From: Eukaryota sp. GEM-RC1
Lineage: Eukaryota
DNA length: 64,000 bases
Assembly (NCBI GenBank): GCA_040285855.1
Contig: JAUFOQ010000018.1
Span: 62,001 to 126,000, forward strand
Reading direction: 5' to 3'
Position numbers and translations under genes: made by a program
Shown: positions 50,436 to 62,929 of the stretch, piece after piece
Numbering within the stretch: position 1 is the first letter of the stretch
How the letters are laid out: each line of letters begins with the position of its first letter
The notes under the pieces: model-generated
The model's input: the letters and a program-made list of their open reading frames with translations, nothing else
Database searches by the model: none
What the model was told of the DNA's origin: nothing

Positions 50436-53044
50436 CAGAAAACAATCGATTAGTGAAGAGATGGCTACCATTACTGAGTCCCTACCACTTCGAAATTTAC
50501 CATGTAGAAGGAAAAGAGAACGCATTTGCCGACTTGTTATCACGTCTAATATGCCGAAATGAGGTTAAGGACAGCTTCTCAAGGAAACTACCTGAAACCG
50601 AGAGAGAGAAAGGAAAGTTACTGGCCAACAAACTATCAGAGAGGAAAGCTCCCTCCACTACATTTAAAGGGCCGTCTTCGCTGGACCGTTTTCATACGGA
50701 CCTCGATGCGTTGTCCGTAGAGGAGGTCGACGCTGACTGCTCAAGACAACCTCTGACTGTAGATTACCTGAACGATTACTACTCCTCAAAGGTCAAGGAA
50801 AGTCCTAAAGTGCTGAACCTGAAACTATTCAGGCAGAAAAAAGACAAAGAAACAGAGAGAGAATGGAGTCCCCCTAGTTATGATGCTGGAACCGAAACAA
50901 CTTTCTATTACCAAGTAGTAGAGAAGACCGACAAACTATGCCCAGAGTGCCTCTCAGACGACAAAAGAAACGAACTAGTTTATTACCGTCTCGACGATGA
51001 GGATGGAATCCCAGCCCCACCCATCGGATACATTGAATTTTGCAGGAAATGCCGCTACCAACAAGACGCTAGACTCCACGAAGAATCAGATGAAGAACTA
51101 GATCTTAACAGAGAACCGACAGCTACAAGATCTATGTTAGAGACTATTCAGCCTCCCCGCCTTGTACAAGGTCCAGAAGACATCGTCGTTGCCGAACACT
51201 CAGAGGAAGAACCTACCGAAGAAGAGTCACCCGAATTAGACTCAACATCCACGTCAAAAATTAACTGGATAGACGAACTAGAGTTAAAAAACGTACTGGA
51301 AAAAAAGGACACAGACCCCGAACTGCAACCAAAAGAGTTAGTGTCATCACCCAGCTATTCGCCAAGATCACCAAGCCCAGACTTAGACGTAGAAGCAATC
51401 AGTGACGACTATATTTACTTACAACCTTCAACCAACTTACATGGACACTTTATCCCGGATGAGAGACAAATCGCTAAAGATACCAGATCTATCTTAAAAA
51501 AGCCAACCTCCCCGAACAGTACCGAAGTCGAAGGTCTTATCGCCGTTAAGAGCCTACTACCCGCAGATGGGACAAGAAAGAATGAAGATGAAGAAAGTTG
51601 GATTGCACAACTAAGATTTGCTCAAAGTGACCACAAAGATGACGAATTCAAGAAAACCTTACAAGACCTAACAACTCGAAACCGCCTAAACTGGAACGCT
51701 GACCTCTCACTGTACACGAACGAAAATCACAAGATCATTACGCCTAAGAACTTTAGAAGAAACGTTCTGATCCATATTCACGGATTACCAACGGCTGGAC
51801 ACCCTAACGCTAGAGACAGCATCAAGAGACTCAGAGAAAGTGACTTCTGGTGGCCCAGAATGGAAAACGATATGAAAGAATTAGTTGCCAATTGCCCCTC
51901 TTGCCAGAAGACAGCTCCCTTGCCATGCGTTACAGTAGGAACGACAGGAAACCTTCAAGCGAAAAGACCTTTCGAATGTATTCATGCTGATTCAATCGGT
52001 CCACTCCCCAAAGATGTGCAAGGCTACAAATACTTGGTAGTCTTTGTCGATGCATTCTCCAGGTACACTATTCTCGTGCCACTCGCAGAACTCAACGCCA
52101 ACGAAGTAGCTTACGCCATGCTAGAAAAAGTATGCTCAATATTTGGTGTCCCAGAAAAACTGCACAGCGACAATGGTCCCGAATTCCCTAACGCCATAAT
52201 GAAGCAACTCATGAAATTCCTAAATATTACTATCCAGTACAGTACTCCCTACTACCACCAATGCAACGGTTTAGTAGAACGCCGAAATAGAGCTGTGATC
52301 AACACGCTAAGAAAATTGTTAGCTGACTTTAATGACCATTCAAACTGGAGAACGTACATCCCAATGACTCAACTATTGCTCAATACTACAGTGCGCAAAA
52401 GAACAGGCTTTACGCCTTACGAATTAATTTTTGGAACGTCAACTGACCCCAGAAACCCGCCTACCTCCATTATCGCTAAACTAACATCAGATTTTGATGA
52501 GAAATCCAGCTGGATCGGTGATTTAGAAGCAAGAACAAACTTACTTCTAAGAAAGTGGGAAGAGGCAGGAGCAACGCAGGATTCCGTCATCCAAAAAGAA
52601 TTAGAAAAGATTAATAGCTTGCCTTTAGTAGGAAAATTCCAAGTAGGAGATTACGTAATCAAACAGAGCCGAAGAGAAAAATTACAAACGCAGTGGGTTG
52701 GACCTTATTTGATTATTGCCGAAGGACGCTCAGCCACGGCATGGAAGCTCAAGGACCTAATCACAGGACACGAACGGTATGTATCTGCTCGTCACCTCAG
52801 ACTCTACCGTTTCGATCCCAATGATGATCCTTCACTCTTGCGCGCTGTTGCAGCCCAGGACAGAAGTGAGTTCTTAGTGACTCGAATACTGAGAGAATTC
52901 AAGGACGGTAGAGTCGAGGTAATGTTTGGAAATGAACCTGATATCGTCCCCCTTGAGTTCGTGAAGAAGAACACAGCTGCTTACCAAGAATTCTTAAGGA
53001 CACAGTCTCGCCCTCAACGTGTTCCCAAGAGAAAGAAGAAATAG
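50436..53044 (+). CDS. pol: 5'-truncated Ty3/gypsy pol: RNase H C-terminus, long insert, integrase (H2C2, DDE, GPY/F), degenerate chromodomain-like tail
   Basis: RWLPLLSPYHFEIYHVEGKENAFADLLSR; HGLPTAGHP..FWWPRM..CPSCQK; IHADSIGP, VDAFSR, SDNGPEF and NGLVERRN; WVGPY; EFLVTRIL. Confidence 0.93.
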
Positions 53045-53077
53045 TTTATTTGTTCATTTAGTTTTACAAAGGATAAT

Positions 53078-53160
53078 CTTCAAAAGAGAAGACCAGTGTT
53101 AGATATTATTGAGTGAAATTATCCTTTGCTTTTTCTAATACATTGTTTTATTTATCATGG
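53078..53160 (+). repeat. Polypurine tract and start of a 3' LTR (TGTTAG at 53097); LTR end not identified
   Basis: CTTCAAAAGAGAAGACCAG|TGTTAG shortly after the pol stop codon. Confidence 0.6.
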
Positions 53161-53837
53161 TATTGTCTCGTACACCCCCCAACTATACTCAGGATCCTAG
53201 AAACCCCAACACCTGTTGGAAGTAATAAAGCAGATGCGGGTCACATCGCTGAAATTCTTCAGTCCAGTTACGATTTGATTAAGATCCAAGTCCACAGAAC
53301 CAGACGTGTTGATTTCAGCAAGAAGATTGCACTGGACTTCTTTTGATGGAGCTTCCGTAAACGAGGCGGCTGTTGCCAGCTTCAAAGTGTCGTCATCTGA
53401 TGTTTCTTCTTTCTCACTGTCTTAGTCATTCTCTCAGTCTCTTGCGGAAAGACCTTCTCCAATGCTTTCGTTAGGGAAAGCTTGATACAGCGTCTAGTGA
53501 TTATCCAAATTTGTGTTATATTGCTGCTCGAATCACTCAAGGTCATGGTCACTTACTGAAAGAAACTGGCTTTGTCTTGACCATCAAGTGTCAATAAGAC
53601 GCAAACGTCCTTCACACGCAACATTGGACAGGTCACTAGGCCTGCAATTTAATTTACCTCAACTTGAGAAAAAAGGAAACATTATCGACCCCGTGATAGT
53701 CATAAAACTTTCGTTAAAGAATGGAGAGTGTTGAAGTGTATGATCATGCTCATATATGGTGTGATCAAAGATCTCGTGTTGATGAACTTCTCATCGAAAG
53801 ACAAGCTGTGTTTGATAATGATGATGTGATATGGAAT

Positions 53838-56505
53838 GAAGCACTGAACTTATATTTATGTTTATTCAAACGGTTCAACAATGGTTGAAATAGGTAAGAG
53901 ATTCTAAGTAGAACAATTTTCTTCTTCCACATAATAGAATCACTATACGTCAAATAATTTGTAAAATATTTAAAAGCTCCTAAAACTTTACTCCAACTAG
54001 ATTATTGAAATTCTTTTTGGAATAGTATCTTTTGGATTAATGATAAAGAATTTTTAAAGATAAAATCAGTAAAACTAACTGTCAAGCAATCAATAAAATC
54101 ATAATAGGAAATAATCATCACTTTGAAAGACGTGTTTTCAATTTTAATTTTGAACATAGTTACGAAAATTTTCTAGGCTGTATTTTAGAAAAGAAGGTAT
54201 CTTTAAATAGAAAATTACTATGACTGATGCAAAGTGCTCCTACAACTTTAAACTTAAATGATAAGAGAATAATTGTTCAAATTATAAAACAATTACAATA
54301 TAAGTCAACAAGTGTCATTTAAAAGAAACAATTATGAATTATCAAAAATATAGCACATTCAAGCTGATTAATAACAGAACAATTAACATGTGCAGTTTCT
54401 AAGTATATGTAGAAAATGAAATCCCATGATATCTCCTAATCAACAATTAACGATGATGACGTAATATGAGCTTAATTAGGACTACACAGTAATGTTAATC
54501 AATAGATCAGTGATTTGACCCTCTACTAATTCAATCATAATCATGTATACCTTCCAAAAGCGTGATTCCGGCATTCGTGACAGGTAAGTACCGTGACAAG
54601 AGAGATCACGATGACCTTAAGTGACGTGCCACTTTAGGAGTTGAGATCAGTGTTAATGAGTCATTATTCTTTTAGCAAGAGATGAGATCAAGAAGTCAAC
54701 TGAAGTCTTTAGGTGGAGACGACATCTTGACTAGAATGATGGATATCATAACGTAGCAATGCTCTCCTTCCCCAGAGGAAGTTTCTTTGATGACGTGATC
54801 AGCTTTGAGACGATAAAAGAGGAGGAAAGAGATGAGTTCACAAGCTACGTGGAGATAGCAGAAAGGGTCAGGTCACGTGAGAGAGATCACGTGATCAGCA
54901 AGACTGCTGGAGTAGATGCAATAGGTTTGAGAAGCAGAATATAACTTCCATTGTGGGGGAAACGCAAGAAGAAGACGTATCAGAGACGTAGACGAAGGAG
55001 GACAACGAGAAGCGGAGATCCTATGATGGGTTTCTTTGATATTTTCTTCTACAGCGAGTGGTCTTCATGAGAAGTGATATCCATCAGTAGCGATTTTATT
55101 GAAGCTCTAGAATGGGGATTTGTATAGAAACAAAGAGTCATGAATGAGAGGTGGTAGTAGAGTGAAGTAACGTCCATTCTACAAGAGAGTTGATCACGTG
55201 GGACAGTTGAAGCTTGAGAGTATTAGATCATGTAGAATGGGAAAGTACTTGATGTCGTTTAACAAAAAGTTGTCAAGCACTTTGTCTCTGTTACTTTCCC
55301 CAAGTCATTCTTTATTCACTTATGCAGGGATTTTAATAGTCAATAGTTGTTCTCATAGTGAACCACACGCTAACTTGTGTAGCGATTACGGGTTGTTATG
55401 GACCTTGACGAATCAAATCCAAGAAATGTTCAGATGTTGGTAGATATAATATGAGTAGACATGAGAAGTGGAATCGGATGAAGTTTATTGATAAAAGGAG
55501 CACAAGACAAGATGAACAATCTCATCCCTCCAATTTCTTCTTAGAAAATTAGGGTAAGTGGACGCCCTCCCCGTTGCCCTTCCGTAGAACCTTTTGCTTC
55601 GCGTCAACGCTTAGAATGTGACGCTAGCACATATTGAACTGGAAAAGCGAAAAGAAGAACCAAATACCTAAGATATACTCCCATAACTAAAGGGGATTGA
55701 AGGGGGTTGTGTTTGCTCGCTGTTTCTTCCATCAAAAGCTCTTCGTCTTCTCTCTTGCTTCCTGTTCGATCTCCAACAATCATTCTTGTTCTTTCCGTGA
55801 GTTCCTTGCTCTTCGTTGCTAATGCTTCTGATCTCATCTCAGTAAGTCTTCCCCTTTCCTGGATACCTCTCTCATATTCCCACCCTCCATCATCTCTTCT
55901 AACAATCTAATGACTGAGAATCACGTGATGGTCTCTCCTGCTTCTTGTTGGAACAAATCCCTGTTCGTTGTTCATTTGTCGCTCTTCCTCTACCTCCTTC
56001 TATTCTATCATCATTTCTTTACTTCCCCCGTTTGAGAGATTTGTTAAGAGATATTTGTAAGTCTTTTGTTATCCACAAAGGTATCTCTCCGCTGCTCTCA
56101 CCATGATCTCTTCTAGCAATCACTTGATCATCAAATCACGAGATTGTTTAAGAGTCAATACGGATAGTTTAGAACCTACCTAAACTAATCTTTGGATAAT
56201 ACTGGTTTTTTCCAAAACATTGTTGCTCAGAGGTGGACAAATTGAAATTTTTAAACAATTTGAACCGCTTTTGGAAATTATTTAACTACTGTTTTGCATC
56301 TTCACTGTTCACTTAGACAATGAAATGTTTCTAAATGAATTGTGTTTCGGGAATAATTTTTTGTCTTTTGTTATTTTTGATTTCTAATTTTTTAAAATGT
56401 CCGTCTTTTAGTGATTCTATACAGTGGAAAATGTAATTTTATCTACTCAGAATCTCTCTTGATTATAGTGAGCTATTATTGTTTCATATTGTTATCTCAC
56501 AAAAC
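53838..56505 (-). repeat. Unclassified dispersed repeat, copy E (IRs 53897-53945 and 56409-56457)
   Basis: Colinear with copy D. Confidence 0.85.
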
Positions 56506-56820
56506 GTATTAAAATTCTCACTTGAATACAATTAAAACTAAAAACGAAATATATTATAAAAGTGGAGGTTTTACAGTGTAAATAAACATTCTTCTCCTGC
56601 TACAATTTCTCTGGTGGATCGATATATCCTAAGAACTGATGAAGCTCTTTGATGGACTGTACCTCGGAATACAACAAAGCATATGTTGTATCCTAAGAAA
56701 TAAAGCAAAAAAAAAATAAAGAATAATTGATGCTTGTTGAAAACATCAAAAGGCTTTGAAAAGGTGATTCAATGACAAAAATTACTTTCATCATAAGAAA
56801 ACCACAAAGAGATGTACGAG

Positions 56821-56943
56821 AGATGCAGATCACAGACGTTGAAGCTAGATGCAGATCACAGACGTTGAAGCTATACGTGGGAGCTAGATGTGGAAGCTAG
56901 ATGTGGAAGCTATACGTGGGAGCTAGATGTGGAAGCTAGATGT
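56821..56943. repeat. Minisatellite (26-bp unit x2, then ~13-bp AGATGTGGAAGCT-type units)
   Basis: AGATGCAGATCACAGACGTTGAAGCT x2; AGATGTGGAAGCT and ATACGTGGGAGCT units. Confidence 0.85.
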
Positions 56944-57656
56944 TGATTCAACAACACATCTCAAGATCGAGATGGATACATGAAGGGTGGATCGATATAT
57001 GATCTTCCTTTTGAAAGAACGAGGATACATGAATACCTCTGCAAATAAATTTGATTTTGTCTTATGTTTGTTTGTGTTGACAAACTTTTCTACACCGAAA
57101 TCAAAATTTGAATCTGAAGCGTCAATGACCATATTGTTTGGCAAATGCCATACATTTTGCACGAAAATTGGATGTGAAGGAGGAAGTTTGTGTCGAGGCA
57201 CATGTTTTACAATGAAATAAAGAACAATTTCATCGTCAGGAATGTTTTCACACGCAAAAACACCTAAATCTCCGTGAAGAATTGAAGAAGGTTGTAAAGA
57301 AACCTTAAAGTTTGTGTTTGGGAAGTGACCATTATGTTGAAACAGGTTAAAAGATGATCTGGGATCTGGAGTGGTTACAATATCCGATAAAAGAGCTTTG
57401 ATGGAAACTTACTGAGCTGTCGTAAAGAAATATTAGGTTGTTTGTTAGTCAGAAACCATCTCTTCTGAAGAACGTCATAAGCTGAACTATCGTAGTTTGA
57501 GAGCTCTACGATAGCATTCTCATAAGGAAGAAGAAGACAGACAGGGGTATCTTTGTGGAACCTCTTTATGTGTTTAACCAAACGAATTCTGTTCAAAGTT
57601 TTTTGAGTCAATGTAACCTGATCTAGAACTTCACTTTCTTGCTTAGATTCTGACAT
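56940..57656 (-). pseudogene. Second SET-domain ORF, degraded
   Basis: VSLQPSSILHGDLGVFACENIP, VIDAS and KFVNT; the pre-SET segment LNRI...SNY...LRQ...RIL parallels 47400-47726. Confidence 0.6.
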
Positions 57657-57849
57657 TGACTCATCAGAAGAAGATTCGTAGTAGGAAGTTTGTCAATAGA
57701 ATTTGACAAATTTGTCAATAGAATTGTCAATATGAAAAGTATTAGGGAAAGATGTAGTAACGGTATCAAGGGACGAGGCAGGAACATTTAGCACAATAGA
57801 TTCTGAAATAGGCTCGGATGGAGCAGCTTTTTTTTATACAATTAAAATG

Positions 57850-60054
57850 ATCAAGATTCATTGGAAAATTCAGCAGAATTGATATCTAAGATCCAAATTG
57901 CACAAAATTGTATTTCCCTAGTGTAACCAAGTTTGTCAACAAAAGATAAGATAGTATTGTTTTCAGTTTTAAAACGCGTCAATCTTCTACTATAGAGCTG
58001 TTGTGTTGCAGAAGTTTGTGAATCGATTTCTACCACTGTTTTTGAAAGATGAACAAGTGCTTTGTAGCACTGTTTCTGTTGATATTCAGTCTCTGCAATT
58101 ATGGCAATCAACCACGTTTGTTTGTAAACATGGTTGATTCACATAAGATAGACAACAATTGATTCAGCGTTTTGATGCGATTGTATGATCTAACATACAC
58201 CAAATTGTACCTCGATGCATTTCACGTAGTATTCAGAATCTGTGATTTAGTTTGTGATTCAATCCCATGGGTTGTTTCGGCTATCAATTGAGACCTGTTT
58301 GCAATAAGTGACAGCATTTGGGTATTTTGGATTTGTGATTTGGTTACATCTCAATTCAAATTAGATATTGCAAAGGGAGTCCTTTCTGGACCAAGTAAAG
58401 GCATTTGTAACTGTTGTACTTTGTTAACCCGATTTATGGGGGGTACAGGAAGTGTGGAATTTAAAGAGAGGCAGTTATTAGAGATAAGTGTAGATGTTGA
58501 AACTATCTGAATGAAGTATAGTGTGTATAATTCGCTCATAATCAGAGTAAGTATCGCTATATAATGTTTTGGGTCCACATAGTTCACCATCATCAGCAGT
58601 ACATAGAGAATTAAACGAACAATTATTTTCAGTTGTAATTGAATACAGATTGAATGAATACTTGGAATTCATTCTTTTTTTGAAAAGGTGAAATTTAGGT
58701 TAGAATGTCTCAATCTATAGATTGAAACTTGTTCATTATTGAAAGAAACTCACTATTTTAACGAGGCTGAGATAGACTAAAACTCGAAGTCTATTCACCC
58801 AATAAGTGAATTCAATTGAAGATTTGCATATGACGACGGACTGTAGAAGCTCCATGGTTAAGCAACTCAGTTGACTCAAGCCCAATACAATGCATGTTAT
58901 TTTCTGGCTCACAAAGATACAGTTCAGAAACACTTGCAGAATCAGTGTTCATGAAAAAGTGAACTAAATTGTGAAATACTAGTGAAGGCTCAGGGGGGTT
59001 AAAGTTCATGTGATCTTCAACTTTGATACCTTGAACGTAGCATCTATACTTTTCGTGAGTCTGAAACACTGGTGACGGAAAAACACTGGTGACGGAAAAA
59101 GCGATTTCTTGTTCGTTATGTAATTAGGTTCAAATGCACATCATTTTGGTTTTGATACTTTGTATTGAATTAGGTATATGGGTTTAGTTTTGAAACAATT
59201 CTGTTGTAACAAGATTGCTGGGTTTCGATCGCATCACAGCACAAAAGTTCATGATAGACTGTAAAAAATGCATCACTATATGTATTAGTAGCAATCGCTT
59301 TATCAACTTCGGACTTCCACTGATTATGGTTATTATAAAATTTCTTGTGGTTAAACCATAAACAAATTTCGATTTGAAATCCAGAACTAAGGTAATGTTT
59401 CACATGTGCTGAAATTTTATGAACAGAGTCACACACATTACAATTCTTCTGAGGAGTTTGATTGGCAGAGTATGACATTGCAACATTTGGTTTAAAGTGA
59501 ATCAACTGGTCATGAGTGTCCACCTCCAACTTAAATGCAAGTTTTTCGATATTCACGTGACCATTATCAACCTTTTGACAACCAAGAAGATCCGTTACAA
59601 ATAAATTGAATTCATCTGAATACATACGTAAACGTGAAGTTGGAGGACGGCAAATAATTTATGGTTCACCAGTTGATTGTACGTACGAAAAATATATATT
59701 ATTAGGATGTGAAGTTGCAATCAACTTGTTAAACATTTCTGGTGAAATCAAATTGATTAATGAAGTCTCATAAATTTGAGCTATAGTGGAACTTTTTCTC
59801 CTCATTTGATTCGGTTTCGAAAAGGAAATGAATCTTCGTACACGGATTTGTAATTGATCGACGCCTAAACTTTGAAGTAAATTGAGGTTTGATATCCGAG
59901 TGTGAATTTGAAATTTGACACTTTTCAATGGGTAATTTTCATGAATTAATCTATTTTCATTTTTTTTTTGAATATTAGATGAGCTTTTCAAATGCGTTAA
60001 CTGATTAACATCAAGGTTCGTTAGTCGGTACATCATTGTAGACAATTCATTCAA
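57850..60054 (-). pseudogene. Long decayed ORF of unknown identity upstream of the SET segment
   Basis: Chain of minus-strand ORFs; 59659-60054 and 59170-59625 are in the same frame, separated by one stop; 17-bp duplication at ~59065-59100. Confidence 0.4.
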
Positions 60055-60129
60055 ATAGTTAAGGTATTTGTTTTCATTAACGTGAATTAAAAGGACACCC
60101 GAACGTTAGTTTAAAATTATTGAACTACC

Positions 60130-62830
60130 ATTACTACTTTCTAAAATAGGTCTGAAATTATGATCTGTTCTTTGTTATTTGAACAAGTTCAGCTACCTTT
60201 GCAAAATCATCTAAGAACTTCATGGCTAATTTACCCAAGCGACCATACATAGAAATCGCAAATGTGATAAGTGAATATTCAACATGAACAATGTATTTCA
60301 GGTCTTCGAGTGGGTCAGCATACTTTCTTTGCTTGTTATTTTCTGCAATGTCTAGAGGTGAACTTCCTTTGCAACTAATATGTTACAACTTGCCTTGCAA
60401 ACATCCACTGAAACAACATCAATCGATAATGATTGAGAAGAAGAAGGTATAATAAGGTCAGCACGACGTTGTCCCAAAGTATTTTCTTTTTTGGTTGGTT
60501 GATTGATGTCAAGAGATCTAAGCAATGGTTCAATGAATGATTCAATTTTGTAAAATTTGCACATATCATGTAGTTGATCTCTTACTGGGTCATGGATAGA
60601 AGATCGATAGGACAGACACCAATTTCTCCAATTCCGTGTTCCTTAAGGAAGTGGCCAACAAAACGGTAACAGGTTCCACTGAACGTGTTAACACCTCGTT
60701 AACGTGTTCCAACACCAGTCACATTTCGCTGTCCTCGCTGATGAGTTTGGACTTCTGTTGGTTGGAATCTCAGTCACATATTTATAAACTTTGTTTTATG
60801 TTGTGATCGGATACCAGTCAAAGCCATGACTGGGTTTGAAGTAATGCTTGTATAAGCAAAACTGACCTTCAAGTTGTGGAATATGGGTCTGAGAATTATT
60901 TAAAAAACACCCAAAAGACAGAATGGATGCAAAATAAAATATAACATCAAACAAATCGATGATTGTGATAATAAACAATATTATTGCAATATCAAAAACG
61001 CCTTTTATTTTTTCTTACAAATACAAACTATCATCAATGTTAACAAATGAGATACCAATACCTCTACATCATCTCAAATTCATTTCTCAATGCAAACAGA
61101 CGGTTCAAAATTGAATGAAGATATCTAAACCATGCTTTGAAAAGGGAAAACGACAACCTTCCTCTCCAGTAACTTTCATTAAAATTCGTTCCATACTGCT
61201 TACACAATTTGCTAAAATCTGTGAGAAATTGTTGACCGAAGCAACCAAAAATTCCATAAAGAGAAATTGCAAAAGCATGGAAAACCACAGGATTGTGTCG
61301 GCGAGAATTCATCTTGGAAATTTATTCACCATAACGATCTAATTTTTTCCGTTCAGCAGTTTCAAGAGCTGAATAGGTTTCATCTAAAATTTAGAGGTGG
61401 GAATTACTCGAGTAATACTAAAGTAAAACTTGAGCATTACTCAATAATGATATCGAAAAACATAGTATTAATGTATCATCCAAACTACAACAACTCCAAG
61501 AATGTATGCTCAAAATAATCGTACACTTTCAACATTCAAACTAGCGCGTCTAGAAATTAACGCTGCACTTGGGAAAAGGGATTCATATTGTACAGAAGAA
61601 AGCTGAACACTCGGAAAATATTGGGTAGCTCTGCTAAGTACATGAACACGATCTGACTTACGTTCCCAGAAACAATTTGGGTCTCACTAAATACCAAGAA
61701 TTGGATGATCTTGAAACCCTTGAGTCTCTTCCTTCAGGTTACAGAAACTACTGCTTTTTTCAGTTCTAAGATCGAGTATAGTAATTTCGCACCTCTACTA
61801 AAAATTTGTTAACAGAAGTAGAGTTACAAGGATCAACTGTAGTAAAGTCCATAATTATTTCTTGAGAGGACAACCAAGGACCAATTAAATCACCTCTGCT
61901 CTTACATCTCATAATGGAGTCAGACAAATTATTTAAACTGGTTCGATTTTCCCATGGAAACCATTGCTCTTAAACAATTCTAAACATTGATCACGTGAAC
62001 TGTTGTGAATAATTGATCTTAAATGAATAACTTATGACAGTTGACCACATGATGGAAAGAGGCTAAAGAGGAACTACACACACAAGAAGACATTTGAAGG
62101 AGACCGACATGCCATAAACCTAACCTTAAACGAATGTTGGCAAGCCATTCATGATCTTTTAAGTTGATATCTTTGAGGATATAGAGTAATCAATGTAGAA
62201 GCCTCATCACTAGAAATGTCTTTCAAAAAAGCACAAACAGCGGGACTCTCGATTTTAGCCAAGCTAATTCGATTTTTGAAGTCCAAGCTTTCCTGCTAGT
62301 TGATCAATTGTGTCTGCAATTTACGGTTTTTTTATTGCAATAATGTTGTTTATTGCTGGAACTCCCATAAATAGTGTTTTTAGGAACGTACAGTAGGTTT
62401 TGATGGCGCATATAATGAAATAAATAGTTTAAAACTCAATATAATCAAAGAAAAATTCCTTAAAATCGAACCTTGTTGAAGCTTTGTCTTCGTAATGCAC
62501 ACAGATGGATACTAATGCTTTCGAAATCATTGTGGGAACTGGTAATGTAATGCGAACAAGAAAACAGATGAGACAACGTTATCAATTTTCCACATTGACA
62601 ATAACAATCGTTGGGTAGATTATGAGGCCATAAATAACATCTTAAACGCTTGCTAGTGGTCCATTGATGATCATTCAACAACGATCCATAAATTTGCGGA
62701 ATTTGATTAAGAAAAGCCGATGCAGAGCTATCTTGCAAATCTGACAAACAATTCGCGAAAGTGGGATTATTTTGCTAAGCCGAGTTAATGCGAATAACAA
62801 AACCAAACTTTCAAACCGTTTTTAAAAAAG
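60130..62830 (-). mobile_element. Cluster of four CRE-like RLE/CCHC fragments (~60130-60610, 61064-61350, 61790-62330, 62530-62830)
   Basis: HDPVRD..IEPLL..RRADLII..IDVVSVD; FHAFAISLYG..WRGRLSFSLFK; RGDLIGPW..IMDFTTVDP; QIPQIYG..RLR..CQCG..HLFSC. Confidence 0.8.
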
Positions 62831-62929
62831 ATGCTGGCGATTTTTCACGGCAAAAATTTTGTTAATATTTATTACAATAAATTAAACAACAATACATACA
62901 TTTCTCATCCCACTGGAAGATAGACACCC

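Noticed and set aside
57850..60054. Stop-codon reassignment explaining the broken ORFs
   Set aside because: CSL4, both intact transposases and pol end at normal TGA/TAG stops without internal stops, and many breaks are frameshifts.
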